Source of the DNA: Laetmonice hystrix
Taxonomy: Eukaryota
NCBI GenBank assembly: GCA_965235115.1
Contig: OZ249439.1
Coordinates: 7,440,001-7,504,000 of the forward strand
DNA: 64,000 nucleotides
Direction: 5' to 3'
Positions 12,008 to 42,966 of the stretch are shown here, in pieces (positions within the stretch are counted from its first letter, which is position 1; each line of letters opens with the position of its first letter). The notes under the pieces were generated by a model. It saw nothing but the letters and a program-made list of their open reading frames with translations. It was not told the origin of the DNA and searched no databases. A program made the translations under genes and the position numbers.

Positions 12008-15000
12008 CGTTCTTTTGAAGAGGTCTAGGAGCAGTGAAAGGAATGTACGTTGCATGGCCGGAATAGAGATTCCCTGTGGTTATGCAGGTACTCAACTTTG
12101 TGGTATAAGACAATATAATTAAGAAAATACAAATGGATTCACAGACTTCAAGTCATAGGAATGCTGGTCCGTAGGACTTAGACTTCAGGAATAGCAGATC
12201 CATCCGACCTGAATTTCAGGGGGACCCAGAAATCTGTGACACCGGTACTAGGTAGGATAACGTTCGGGGATATAAGGGAACAGGTTTTCCCCAACTTTCA
12301 CGGATATGTTACGGTGGGGAGCCACCTTATACCACAAACAACCAACCAACCCCCCCCCCCCCCCACCAAGAACCTAGCAGGGCCTCAATTCCTCTGTCTT
12401 TTGTTGCTTTGTCACATTTCTAAAAAGTCACCCATTTTCTGCGAAACGACCCTTTGGTGCTAATCGAATGTAGTCGCACACGAGTCCATTCAAGAGGTGA
12501 CCGTTTGGCCATCGACGCGCGTGGATTTTGATATAAGATCTTAGAGAATCGGATCGGAGCTAGGATGATGACCGACCTCCCGGGGCAGTCAGGGGTGGTT
12601 CGCTATAGACCCCAGCCCTGTCTCCTGGGGTTATCGATACTACTAGATGCCCTCACAATGGATTGACCCGGGCCAACCTTTGATGGGATCGACTTGGGGA
12701 AACCCCGTCATACAGTGGGTCGGATCAAGCACTCAATGCATGAGACAGCTGCATGGTTGGCTGTACGGAAACTCGTTTACCGTGAGGTCTTCCGACAGTT
12801 TGATATTAGTACAAAGCGACAGAAGGACAAAGGCTTGCAGTGTATCGACTACGTAACGGGTTCATATTTACAGGAATAGTATATTATAGGCCTATGGTAT
12901 TAACAGTTACCCCATGTTTGCTTACGTAGTACGGAATATAACCTAGCCTTGGTTGGCCATACCACATGAGGGCGAAGCCCGAATGTGGTATGGCCAACCA
13001 AGGCTAGGTTATACTCCGTACTTCGTAAAAGCAAACATGGGGCAACGATTTTATCACAGTTCCAATCCTCACATTATAGACGTGGTCATTGAATTCGGCA
13101 AAACGACTTTTGGAAGTTTTGCAGTCATTCGCTGCCATCGCGCTGTGTTTGCATAGATCTACGCCACCATGAAAACGAGGTTCAGGGCGCTGAAGCCAAA
13201 ACGGTAGGATAGAAAAATGACCTGTGTGACCGGCAGATGGCGCGACGACTACTACTATAGGATGGCCCATCCTACCCGTTTGGTGCGATGTCACCGAGTA
13301 CGGCTTCATATCGCGTGGGCCTGGACCAATCAGAAAGCGGCATTGTTACTGGAACTGTGATAAAATATCATAGCCGCTGGAAGATATTCTGAGTAGGGAA
13401 GGGGACAAGACCAACTCTCCTGTATAATATTTCAGGGGGCCGAACTCCAAGACCAAATTCAATGCCCCAACCTGGGAGTAGCCCCCTCAGTTTAAGAGTT
13501 GAGGGGCTACCCCCTGACTCCCCCCTGTGTCAGGGATAGACCTCGTCACTGTATATCTCATGTCTGACAGACGTATCGATCCAGTTAGTACCGAAACATT
13601 CAGTCGATAACCACTTACACATTGTCACTGCTCATACAGGCCACCTTTGATATATACACGGGGCTATACATTGACAGGAAAACTTTAGTGAATATCAAGC
13701 TATTGACAGAGGACATAAATTCCACCACCTGACACGTTCAACTGCGGTATATTGTATACATTTGTCTTTTTCCACAAACGGAATGGTTGGAAGATGATTT
13801 GTTTTGGAGACAGACAATCGTGCGTGGTTGCTGCTTCTGTCTGAGATTATACAGTATAAAGGCGGACAGAGAGCGGCGATGTTCGTGCTGTGAGCATCGA
13901 TCCATCAGGAGACATATAATAGCTAAACCAATGGCTACCTCGTCCCCAATCGATGTACGGCTTGCTCGCGCCGCATACTTCAATCAATGACGGCTAACAT
14001 CGTCAATCAGAGCCGCCTTAATGTTTTATCAAATCTGTCAGATTGCGCCTCCACACAGGTAATTCTCTTTCAAACGAACTTGGCGCCTACCTTTTGTCTG
14101 GTACAGATGTTTTTTAATGGGCCTCTGAGGCACAGGGACCTAGAGGGTGGTCTTGGCATACAGTGTGTGGAGGATAACAACCTCTGCTCAGGCTGATTGC
14201 CTGAATCTTCTCTTGGAGCAATATCGGGATTAAGAGATTACGAGACTGTGGCGGAATATGTCAGAGTACCGTGGGGGAGGAGGCCATTCATTCAGAGACA
14301 GTCACAGACGGGATATGCAGCAAGCTACTTGCATTGATCGGCTTCGGGTAATAAAGGGACTTATACCATAAGTTAGAGAGGTCTTTAATCGGCTGAGTGT
14401 GCTGGGCCGGGAAGTCGGGAGTCATTCTGGGCGCCTTGTCACGTGTGGCGTGTCCTGATCACAGTGAACAGGCAGGGAAGACATACATGATGAAGGGCGA
14501 AGGGCGAGGTTCATCTTAGTAGAGAGGGCGAAAGGACACAACATGAGGGTAACTGTACAAATGTAGGAGGGTGAGAGACAGAGGGGGAAACGAAGACAGA
14601 ACTGATAGACAAAGTCACGCTGGAGCCTCTAAGGAAAGACCGCATCCACTCCCATCGATTGGCAACTCTCCGGGGTCTGACAGTTATCAGGATCGAGAAA
14701 GCGAAGGTCGTGGCGAGGTGGTATATCGTTATGGGTATGGTCAATATCAGGTCATTGAGGTGAAGGGTACAAGTGTCCTAGTCACAATGGTAGGCAGTAC
14801 GTCGCGAGAACAGTTGCAAGTCTGATGTATGCCTAATAAAGCTAGACCTTTAAATAGGAGGAACGGACAATAGTTGTATACAATAATAGTCCTGTATAAT
14901 ATTATCTCATCATTATAACCAGAAAGAACAAAAACCAGAAAACTTGTGCTCATCCTGAAGGTATCAACAGTCACCGACAGGGCATGAAACCACCGAGTCA

Positions 15001-16170
15001 CCAACGATCATTATTTGTATCCGACAAAGTGCATCATGCACAGAAACGTCTCTGCCTGTATACTCCTCTCACCAATTTACTCACCCGAACGTCTTTACCG
15101 CTATGAAACTGCAAAAACCTGGTTTGCTTTCCTCCCACGGGGGACTTCTTGTCGCCTGAAAGAGTATTGTTCTTGTAACTGATTGCTCGAATCTGGCGCC
15201 GAGACAAGCGTGAAGCCCTTCGGGAACCAAGTGACAACTGCTGTACACACATCTATCTATCGTAAGCCTTTCTTGAATCAGCAACTGATAAGACGGAATA
15301 ATTAAAAACACCTCAGACCCATCGTGGCGCTAAGCCATCTCCATGGCCACGCCTTTGACTACTTGCCTGGCTTTTGGACCAATCAGACCAGGGACTGGGC
15401 GTTCAATTAATAAACAGCGCTGCACCATTGAAAGGCGAGACTAAACGAAGCCACACACATTTCTTTACAGGTCACTAATTTTGGCGCGAAGGGAAACATT
15501 GCAGTATCGATACAATAATAGGTGGATATTGGACGGTAGAAAATTCGACGATAAAATAGCCAGGAATAGATAAAAAAGAAATTATAGCCATGAAGAAGGA
15601 AAACTAATTGTGGTAATCCTCAAAAGAAAGTTTTAGGTTTGAAAGTAACCGGATGGAGAGCTGCATCCTTAAATAGGTCGGGGTTGTAGATAATTAAATC
15701 GTTCCGTTCTAGAGGTGTCCCCAGTGGAGACTCACAAATTACACGCCAAAGGTCAAAGTCAAAAGGTCCGGCCGGCCGGAACATGCAGTCGTTGGACACA
15801 TCTAATGCAATCTGCCACTGTGAAAAATGTTCACTCACTTTCGTTTACAAAACATTCTAATCATGCGAATTTATTATAAGTTTCAAAGAAATCAAGGCCG
15901 GGTTCTCAATCAAAGATGTCAATTAGGATATAACAATAGATACACAATGTGAGATAACTTGTCTATACCAAACCACTTTATAGACTATAGATCTATAGCA
16001 ACATGCACTGTGTAGGCCTCAATCCGTAACGAAGCATTAGATTGTAATCGTGATAAAATAATAATAATAAATTATGAAAGGTGAAAGACTGATGGAACAG
16101 TATTAGTTCGGACAAATCTAAAGAGGACAGATATAAAAATGGGTTGTTGACCCCCTCCTGTTTCAGGCTT

Positions 16171-17058
16171 ACGAGTGTTCCCCGTTACCCTCTGGTTAAG
16201 CTGCCCCAGTCATATACCACAGTCCCCTTGGTTTAACGGGTGTTCCCCGTACCCTCTGGTTAAGCTGTCCCAGTCCCATTCCACAGTCCCCTTGGTTTAA
16301 CGAGTGTTCCCCGTATCCTCTGGGTAAGCTGTCCCAGTCCCATTCCACAGTCCCCTTGGTTTAACGAGTGTTCCCCGTATCCTCTGGGTAAGCTGTCCCA
16401 GTCCCATTCCACAGTCCCCTTGGTTTAACGAGTGTTCCCCGTATCCTCTGCATGGTTAAGCCGCCCCAGTCCCATTCCACAGTCCCCTTGGTTTAACGAG
16501 TGTTCCCCGTATCCTCTGGTTAAGCTGTCCCAGCCATATTCCACAGTCCCCTTGGTTTAACGAGTGTTTCCCGTATCCTCTGGTTAAGCTGCCCCAGCCA
16601 TATTCCACAGTCCCCTTGGTTTAACGAATGTTCCCCTTCTGGTTAAGCTGCCCCAGTCACATTCCACAGCCCCCTTGGTATAACGAGTGTTCCCCGTTAC
16701 CCTCTGGTTAAGCTGCCCCAGTCCCATTCCACAGCCCCCTTGGTTTAACGAATGGTCCCCCTCTGGTTAAGCCGCCCCAGTCCCATTCCACAGCCCACTT
16801 GGTATAACGAGTGTTCCCCGTTACCCTCTGGTTAAGCTGCCCCAGTCACATTCCACAGTCCCCTCAACGAGTGTTCCCCGTATCCTCTGGTTAAGCCGCC
16901 CCAGTCACATTCCACAGTCCCCTTGGTTTAACGAGTGTTCCCCGTTACCCTCTGGTTAAGCTGCCCCAGTCACATTCCACAGTCCCCTTGGTATAACGAG
17001 TGTTCCCCGTATCCTCTGGTTAAGCTGTCCCAGTCACATTCCACAGCCCCCTTGGTTT
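16171..17058. repeat. 64-bp minisatellite, 14 copies
   Basis: Unit aacgagtgttccccgtatcctctggttaagctgtcccagtcccattccacagtccccttggttt; period 64 between 16301 and 16365. Confidence 0.96.
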
Positions 17059-17794
17059 AGCTCTCCGAGCCCGAGTCGGGGTCCCCTGCACACATCATTG
17101 AAGCCGAGTTGGTGTAATATGTTTTGACCATCTTTATTACGGAGGCGGCCATGTGTCCAGTATCACAGCTACATAATGTCATCGTGTTGACAATCGCAAT
17201 CAGATGGGTTATATATAGGGGACTTGAGGCGATTTATTCCGTCCAGGGTGAGAGTAATATTATACCGTACTATAGTATGTAAAAATGAGACAGTAATGGA
17301 GCCATGAGGCGACTGCCTATTGTATGAGCATCAATAGCCAGTGGCCAGCAGAGATAGATCTTGTCTGTGAGGTGTTATGCCGAATGTGTAATGTCCAGAC
17401 CATGTATGACAGATCCGGCCGGATCTGTATACTGATCTGAGCCGTGATTGCCGCCAGCCACCGCTCCATGCAGGGTGAACATCGACCCGACCCATTGTAG
17501 AGCTCAGTCAAGGTTCTTCATTTCACCGCTAGAGGCGACCTAAAACAATCCTGTGAACCCAGGATTTCTCTTTTGTGTCGAGCGCCTCGGGCATTGTGCA
17601 GTATCGTCTCAGAAACAGGACAAATTATAACGTCATCTCCGACCTGTTTTGAGGAACCAATCAGGTATCTGTGCGCCTCAATGAATCTTCCTGATTGGCG
17701 GACACTCTTTGGTCTTTGTACTTTTCTTTTGAAATGCACGGGCATCAGGGGTAACCCGATTACTTTGACAATGTCCCTAAAGAGAAAAGTTGTA

Positions 17795-17830
17795 TAGTCC
17801 TCTACAGGAATCGAACCCAGGCCCTAAGAT
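17795..17830 (-). mobile_element. tRNA-derived SINE remnant (Pol III B-box only)
   Basis: ggaatcgaacccagg is the reverse complement of a GGTTCGATTCC B-box; no cloverleaf could be folded. Confidence 0.35.
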
Positions 17831-18539
17831 TACTGCACCCATTCGCATAGCATAAGGTGTGTGATTGGCTCAAGTTCGTAGCTCTGAATTCAAGCGGGAA
17901 CCACCACGAGATGTCAGCACCAGTAACGTCGAGGACTGCGCTGACGTAAAACCGACGATTCCATATACTACTACCTGCCTGACGGCTCGGGCCAAACTCC
18001 TTCCCATGAGCTCATAGGACGGAGTTTGGGCGCTGTTACCCAATAAAAGGTGGCTTGTTATGCATGGCAAATAGCAAAAGCAAAGTAGCATCGAATTAAG
18101 CATTTGAACAAATTATTTAAAACATTTTTGGGGAACACGGACCTTTTAGAGAATCGTGGCTCTGTCTTCTACTTGCTGGTAGCCTATCGTTGGCCGACGT
18201 GCGCAACTGGTCCCGAGTATCCTTATTGAGTAACACCGTCTGTCGCTATGCTACTTTAATATTCCATTAGGCCCCTATGCCCGGATTTCCTAATTACGAA
18301 TGGCGTCTAAACAGTCGATTCACTGGACTTTTCATGCTGTGTTCGGTAACGAGCTCACGAGTTTTATATACGAGTTCACGACACGTGCACTTCTTCCCAA
18401 CGGTATTAGGCCTACGACTGGTGAACACCATCGTGAACTCGGAGGTTCTTGTCAAACGACTTTATGACCTTATCCGTATGACAACGCCCCGAACGCGCAG
18501 ATTAATTGCTTCTCACGAGTTTCACCGCTAGATGGCAAG

Positions 18540-18616
18540 CTAGCCTGGTTCCCCTGCCCGTCGCTCGCGACCATCAGCGCCAAGGAGCGGAGCGGCGGGC
18601 AGGGGAACCAGGCTAG
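18540..18616. mobile_element. 77-bp hairpin / mini-MITE with 27-bp TIRs
   Basis: ctagcctggttcccctgcccgtcgctc ... gagcggcgggcaggggaaccaggctag; 26 of 27 bases complementary. Confidence 0.75.
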
Positions 18617-19966
18617 GTAGCAACATTACGGTAGATGGCGCCTTCTGTGTTCCTAATTTCGTCGGCACCACGTTTGGGTGATCGATACCTCCTACATCAT
18701 GATCAGATACCTATTCCTACCACGGCTTCTTCATATCTGACATCCAATCAACAGGGTGCGTGTGTCTAATGAAGAAACCGCTCTTGATGTTCAGCAATCT
18801 CAAATGATAAATGACTATCCTAAGCCGGGTTCTGCAACTCCCGGGTTCTGCAACTCCTATCTAATGGTAATGCTATGTGCTACAGGTATCGGCAGTCTAT
18901 GTCAGCAGTTTGTCGCAGAGACTGATAAGGATTCAATTAGATTTTTATCGTACAACATTATTACATACGATGCAGAAGGAGGTCAGAATAAGAAACGACA
19001 AACAATCGTGGACATGGTCGTTACTGCGATATTTATTATCAAAGAAATGGCAGCCACGGTAGAAAAAAAATTCTACTCTAGAAGGCATACATATATATAT
19101 AAAAGCTACTCTACAAGCGTCCACGCCCACCGTAACCGTACAGTTTTGGTGCCAATACATCTTCACAAAAAGCCACAACTTCTGCTCAGTAAATATCAAC
19201 AGTGCGAAAGTCAAGTTCACAAGGCAATCGATCATTTTCAAATGAAACTTGTGTACATGTACCGTATGTGTAAATCCTGTACAAAATAGATCCTTCAAAT
19301 AAACTCTGCCATTATTTGTGAAAAAAAGAAGAGAAAGATGCATAATACCCACGTTCTACTTCGTGGACGGTCAACCGAATGGAAGCGTCGTGCTAACGTG
19401 CATATTTTGTAAACGGGACATTTCGCAGACCGCGTGTCGTCTGCTGCGTTATGTCATTTATCACCACCAGGTGGAGATATAGTGCTGCCACCTAGTGCGC
19501 TATCATAGCGTTTACTCCTGTTATAGGACGCGCCGAGGTCATTCTCCATAGCAACCATTTATCGTACATAAATCTCTGCCATGCAGTGGCAGTAACAAAG
19601 ACACCATGACCACACACTTGAGATCATCTCACGTCTTGGCCCGGCAACATGCATTAACAAAAAGCTCTTTGCTGTACAGGGTTTGAATGTTAAAGCAGCC
19701 CAGGCCTGACCTGGTCACTCCTATGACCAGTCGACACTGTAAACAAGACAGATTTTCACATCTAGAACTTGCCACCAGGATATCATGACAGAGGCTGGTG
19801 GAAATTGTTTTGTACATTCTCACTGACCATGACGCCATGTTGCAATAGTTGAAGGACAAACCAAACACCTGTAAATACTGTATACAATACTGCGGACTTA
19901 ACCATTATCTAACCGTATCATGTGGTCAAGCGAGTTCACCATCCAAGAAGGTCTACCAACGCTTAC

Positions 19967-20500
19967 CGTTTTCTCGTAATAAACTGCCGCCCCTCCTGTA
20001 GGCCTGGTTTCCATGACAACCATGGGGTCTCTCTTTACTAGCCTGACACAGTTTTAGAGATTTCTGCGAGTAGAGGATCCCAAAAATGCAAAGAGCCTCC
20101 AGATAGGCCAAAAGTGCATATGATCAGTCCCCTGGATTTCTACACCGATTTGAATGCAACATCACACATATTTTTGCAATAGGATTCGGTTGCTTGAACA
20201 AGCCTGAGAAACGTTTTCTATAAGTGTGTCACTAATCAGCCATTAGTCAGGGTCTGGGCTCCTGTCCCAACAACAGTCGTCCCTGATCAAGGTTCTGTGC
20301 CGGTGTAAAGTTTAATAAGTGCAGCTTAGTGTGTAAACAAATGACTATGGATCCACCTGATCTGGTGTGTCGTAAAGTCCGGCATGTGGTGACCGTCGTA
20401 CACAGTTCCCGACTGATGTCTTTTGGAGTTGACTAGATACTGGACAGTGATTGGTGGAAGTAGCCACCAGTGACCGATCACGTGACTGACGTCACACCGG
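19967..20500 (-). promoter_or_regulatory. Orphan promoter-like motif cluster with a spliced first exon
   Basis: GC box about 19987-19993; RFX X-box GTTTCCATGACAAC 20007-20020; ATTGG 20450; E-box TCACGTGA 20478-20485; CRE TGACGTCA 20487-20494. A minus-strand donor (G|GTAAGC) and acceptor (atttacag) define a 98-nt intron at 19869-19966. Confidence 0.45.
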
Positions 20501-23500
20501 TTCTACCAGACGAGGCCCGGTTTACAAACAGTATTTTGCGTACTTCAAAGTGGGTCATTGAACCAATAAACCTTTCTAGAATGGATTTCTGCGTCGATGG
20601 GATATCACTTCACAGCCAGCCAGCTTAGGCCTCTCTGAAATACTTGGTAGATTTAAACTTACTCTTAGGTTGACCCAAGATCGGAATTATGCCATAAAAT
20701 TGACAAGTCATGTTTCAATGTGCGAGTGGATGGGTAAGAGAACAACATACATACAAAGGTTCAATGTCAACAGTTTATAAAGTCTCTTTTTACACACATT
20801 CTTCCATCGCTTGGCTTGAAAAAAATCTTTACGGAATTACGGGGACTGAAGGAGGATGGGGGAAGAGCCCGTATGTAGAGTACACACAACAACCTCTACT
20901 CATGCAGTCTAACTAGACAACGTTTATAAGCATGGATTACATGGAACCTTCCCAATGTGATGGCACACAAACAAGAATTGTCACAAACACAACATCTGAC
21001 ACTGGATGCAACTCGGACCGTGATATGTCATAACCTAGAGTTGACACGGTGATCGATCAGACCATGATCCAGCAGGTCGTTCCCTGATTAGGTTTACTCT
21101 AACGATACTTGTCCCAAGAACATCGTTTCCCTTTGTGTTAAAAATTACATTCTGGTCTGGCAAAGGTCATGGAAGGTGGATCAGGTCGTCAAGTTGCAGG
21201 CAGGGAGATGGGAGCTTGTAGACAGCTTTGTCTCTTCAAAGGTACGTAAGGCTTTGATTTTCAACATTTCTCTTACATCTCAGCTTTCAACTTGACACCA
21301 TCCCTGATGAAGGCATTCAGTAAGGAGGGGAAGGGGGCTACATACACTTCTACTGTGGGTTTAGTGACTGGACCATGACAAACGTCTGTACAATATAATC
21401 TGCATATACAGAGATTAAAACTACCCAAGTTTGCAATATTTAGGATAACAACCAGTTGAACTGACCAGATACAACTGCTGTTCAATCCATGTACCCCACT
21501 CACGGACCATGTAAAAATACGACGTCCAATTACCCACTCCGTGAACCACAGACTAATGTCTGCTTCCTCTCCGTACCAACAGACTTCCTACATGTACAAA
21601 CACGCCGTTCTGTGAACCAAGTGTAATCAAAGAAATCGCCCGGACACCAACAAATCTTCTCGACACTGCGGTCTGGCAGGCCTTGCGTCTAACGTCAGGA
21701 GTTGTTTAATTTGATAACTACAGCTGACAATAGTGTCTGACTGGATCGGTTTACGATGTCCCAATGCAAACACAGTGCTGGAAGCTCATAGTTATAGAGA
21801 TATAGTAATCTGTACACAAAACACTTGTACCAATGATAAGCACACAAACCACATACCGGTACTGTTTGAACATATGGGAACTCTTCTCCAGCAAAACATT
21901 TCAATTCACCGGTCAACCAGATTTATCCACTGTGCCACATCAATGGTCACTTTCGTTGTTTTAATCCAATCCATTTTTCTGTATTCATATTTCACTTTAC
22001 TCGGATCATCAGACCTAAAGCCAGAAGCTGGTCCCGGGGGTGGTTCACTAAGAGCGTCGGACCATCCGACCAGCGATAGAGAGTCTGTCGCTTGGTTGTA
22101 GGGCCTGGTCCAACGTGCTTAGTGAAACACCCCCCAGTTTTTCAGCTGGCAAGAAATACTCTTGCAACAGTGAGAGCCTGAGAGGGCAATTTATATACTC
22201 AGTTCAACATGAAAATCATATGCATAGGGATTAACAGTCGATACTAAAATGTATAGAAATATCCTTTTTTTCGGAGGGTGGGATTTTAAGCACTACAATT
22301 AAGCTATAACTTTGTGCACCATTCAACAAATAGTGCTATCAATACAAAGCCTTTGCTGTGAAACACTTCACTCTCGCTCTAAAAATTTATCTACAATTTC
22401 AAGTCAATATGAGAACCAGCTCAACGGTGATCATTGTTAATCTTGATTTCTGCCCTATTTTTGTCAGCAATTTGAAGGTTACAAAGAGTCATTACAAAGA
22501 GTCAAGAGAGAGGTTCTATCAGTACTGTATCTGTTCCGTCAAACGGTCATTGATAATATTCTCGCATTAATTATCATTCCATTAACTCTCCCAAATATTT
22601 ACAGCCCAAATGTACTGCTCCATTCACGTCTTTTATCGTGGTACAAATTGCGTTTTAAGATTTCTAACAAAAAACTATAATCACGTTTGACACAGTGAGA
22701 CTGTCCCTCTACCCCCGTCCCATTCCATTTGTCACAGCAACACTTTCTAACCTGAAATTTGCGCCATGATCTCCATGCCAAACTCCATTCTTAAGTTTTT
22801 CAGTCCTATCGATGCAGGAGCCAAGGGATTCATGGCGTGTTGTGACTCTTGTGTAGGATGTACAACAAGACCCTGTACAGCCCGCGCAGGCTCAACTCGG
22901 CAGCGGGCTGTCGTCATGCCTACACAGGACACATACTCATTTAAATGCTGCCTACGGAAATTCTCTACTTTATTGGTTAGGATTTCATTGAACATTTATC
23001 TACATACAATCATAGTTGGACATTTCAACGGTCAAAGACCTGATTTCACATATGCCACAAAGCGGGACTACTGGAGGTCAAATTATAACCAAGACCTATT
23101 TAATTTTTCAGCCTGCCTGAGGAAATAACTGGACACAAAGACTGAACCACTGACCTACAAGCAGAGGAACTGCCTTGGCTCTAGTCTCCAAAGTGTGGAT
23201 TTATAATTGGGGAAAGCCATAGAACCAACGCACCCATCGATTGGGTGTGATTGGGCGATTCATTTCTCTGCAGAGGGTTCTGAGAAGGGGTCTGGCCGCA
23301 GCTTGTCTCTGGCCAAACGTTTATCATTCGTACGGCGGGTGCATGTTAACAATAATGTAAATAATGTAGGATGTGATTGGACAGCATCTGCTGCCGATGA
23401 AATGATGGGTGCAATGGTTTGATGGCCCAGGAGTCCACCAAGGTTATACACTAACACAGGACCTCCATTTTAATCTATTCTCTTTAAATCATCAAACATG

Positions 23501-23915
23501 CCAACTTGTTGCTAACAAAAACTTACAAAAAGGACCAGTACCTCCCAACCCCGTCTGTCAGTCTCAACCCTTACCCTGTATCTCAACCCCATGGGTGTGA
23601 GAGCAAAACATTGAAATGGTTGACAAGGCTTAAAGCCAGCAAGCCCAGAATGTAACATACATGGCAACTTGTGGAGATCAAGCCAACTCCCCTCTGCTAC
23701 CGAGATATCCTTGCTGCAGGTTGGATATGCTGGCCAGGATGAGTTCTCTAACCACTGTACGGGCAGTAACATCTGTATCGCTACACGACACCCTCGGCAG
23801 GTTTCAATCAACTGTCAATCGCTACATCGAAACACAAAAAAACACGTCTGCAGAATGCAGGTATGTGTGACTGCGAGCCCAGCTGTTTGTGTGGTTCGTC
23901 AACGAGTGACAGAGA

Positions 23916-40492
<16,577 letters not shown>

Positions 40493-40687
40493 TCACCTTT
40501 ATACTACAGGTTTTTAAATTCTGATCGCATTCAAAGATCTACCTTGGCTGTCAACACCACTTGTTCCTACCAGGCTGCCCCGTCCACACAGACCGCTACA
40601 CGCCGACCCGATCGGGTCGATCTGTGTGGCCAGGCCTTTAGTCCCATTCTCACCTCCTCCACTGTGGACACTAATCAGTTGCTAGTA

Positions 40688-41331
40688 CAGTCTTCCCTCG
40701 CTATAGCGCCAGCCTCGGGACATAGGCGCCGTTGGCGGTATAGCGAGGGTGGCGTTATAGCGAGGTATATACAGAGGCATGCACACGAGTGCATGGACGC
40801 CAATCTTGAACCTTACGTACAACCAGCCAACCACCGTTCCCCGTATTTTTTAATGGGCATGGGCCTGGTCAATTTGGTCCAGCCTGAGGTACAACCCTGC
40901 GTACACCTTGTGCATTACAAAAGAAGTTTAGTTCATCTCTGTAAGTCTAATAAAGGAAAATTGATCACAAAGTCCTTTGAAGTTTAGGTATTATTCGCTC
41001 CAACCATGCTCAGACATGATGGTGAACTGAACTGACCTCAAACGTGATGAAACCCTGCTTCCCGCCCACACTGCTGCCTCACCAAGTTCATTGCGTAACA
41101 CATAATGACCTAATAATATGCACTGGCCGTACACGCTGGCGGTATAACGAGGGCGAATCTAATAGGTTTTAATATAGATCTATTTGGACATGGAAGAGGC
41201 CTGGCGGATGGCGATAGTGAGGGTTGGCGGTACCTATGGGGAAAATACATTGGGATTTCTGTGCAAATACATTTTGGCGTTATATGCGAGGGTGGCGGTA
41301 AAACGAGGGGCGCTACAGCGAGGGAGGACTG
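40688..41331. mobile_element. Pogo/Tigger-like (Tc1-mariner superfamily) MITE, 644 bp
   Basis: TA TSD (40686-40687 and 41332-41333); TIRs cagtcttccctcgctatagcgcc / revcomp cagtcctccctcgctgtagcgcc; internal ggcgttatagcgaggg-type subrepeats. Confidence 0.8.
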
Positions 41332-42797
41332 TATCACAAATCAAAACCCTCACCATTATAAAATACAAAAGTTTAGTTTAAACGGGCTATAAAATTTTCC
41401 AGCCTTTAACACCTACTAGCTTTCTAGTGAGATCGTAGTGATATTTTAAAAGACTTTCAACCTCTTAGTTACATGCTTGACTAAAAAGTTTCGACCTGGA
41501 TTGAGGAAACCTAATGATGAAATGTTTGACAATAAATCAACACTGAAAGCCAAGAGTGGCAATGAAACGGGGGTAGGGGTTAGTGGGGGGGGGGGGGGGG
41601 GGGAGGTCAATCTCATGAGTGACATGCAGCATTGGTGGCGGGATGGAGGCCATCTGTGGGGCTAGTGGGGTGCTGCATGGCTCCCCCCCAGCCCATCTAT
41701 CAATGTCAAACTGATAGGCTCCATTGGACTGGGATGGAAATTACACCATTCCTCAGGCTTTGATAATTACACAAATTAAACTACACAGCTCATTACTAAA
41801 GTAAGAATAGCTCATCTAATTCCACACACTTTGCAGACTGCTTCCTGTGATTCCAAGGGCAAATTCTGATATAACCTAATAGATGCAATAAACAAAAAAC
41901 GCTCAACTCTATTTTAAAAAACCATGTCGGATTATGGGGCAAATTTTTAGCATTCCAAGGACAGTGCCAAAAGTACAATCATTAGCACAAGAAATATTAA
42001 ACTTGTTTTTATGCAGACTAATGCATGATTTGAAAAATCACTTTTTTCCCATTATTGTGGGACTTGTGGAAGCTGCAACATAGGTCTGTGAAAGTGACCC
42101 CTCTCAGATTAAATTGAACCCTTTCCTCGGCTAGTACCTGGGATGAAACAGGCCAACAAGAAAAAAAGAGGAAAAACTTTATAGATCCAAACTATACACC
42201 AGTCAGTGATGATACTTTGGTAAAGAAAAAGGCAGAAAATCTCATCCCTGGTGATACTTTTACACTGACTGAACGGAGACACCTAAGTTTCTTATCAGCA
42301 ATCAGCTGGTATGAAATTATCTCTCCAAACAGCTCTAATGAACTTGCACTTCAAAATGACTTTCCAATCCCAACTCACGAACACACTCTACATTAACCAG
42401 ATAACTAATCAGCATATTTCACTGCACCCAAACTATCTTGGTTAATTCCAACATGGCCCTGGCCTGGGGGTAGATGATATCAGCATCCCCTCCCTGCTCA
42501 TTTGGTCAAGTTCTAAAATCCTAAGGGCACCATGTCTGCACTGGTGAGATATCAAGTCAAATTTGATTGATCATTGGAAACCGATACCGTGTGCACATCA
42601 TTCATGCCATGGGAGCCATTGGGAGGGCGGCACTGTACCACTGGTGCTTCCACATAAAACCTGTTCTCTACATTTGTGCATTCATGCTTCCAAGCTGTAC
42701 TGTATAAAAAAAAAACAGAACACTAAAACCTTTGCTGTTGAATAGGGCTGAAAGGATACACTTCATGTGATGGAGCGCAATCGCACCCGTGCTCCAT

Positions 42798-42966
42798 CAG
42801 TGGCGGATCCATGGGGGGTGTCGGCAACGTCCGGACCCCCCTCAAATTTGCCAAATTAATTTTTTTATAACCAAAATGCCTTATTGTTTTTAAACGGACC
42901 CCCCCCCCCTCAATTTGCCCATTTCATGCTGGACCCCCTTGAATATAGACTCTAGATCTGCCCCTA
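42798..42966. mobile_element. Short MITE of the cagtggcggatcc type with G/C tracts
   Basis: Left end cagtggcggatcc, degenerate right end agatctgccccta, flanked by tccat on both sides (possible TSD). Confidence 0.55.

Noticed and set aside
12424-12879. Frame of about 150 codons interrupted only by two TGA codons (selenoprotein or pseudogene idea)
   Set aside because: No redox motif around the TGAs, no SECIS identified, no recognisable homology; compatible with chance.
13478-13510. 11-bp hairpin as a Helitron 3' end or terminator
   Set aside because: No CTRR end or matching 5' TC terminus identified; intrinsic terminators are not relevant here.
14571-14825. YQVIEVKGTSVLV resembling a Gypsy integrase C-terminus
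   Set aside because: Too short, with no upstream integrase core, LTR or PPT.
17795-17830. tRNA gene
   Set aside because: Only a B-box is present; no acceptor stem or full cloverleaf (same for about 27995).
18756-19352. 177-aa plus ORF and overlapping 135-aa minus ORF
   Set aside because: No recognisable domain, non-ATG starts, and no supporting splice partners.
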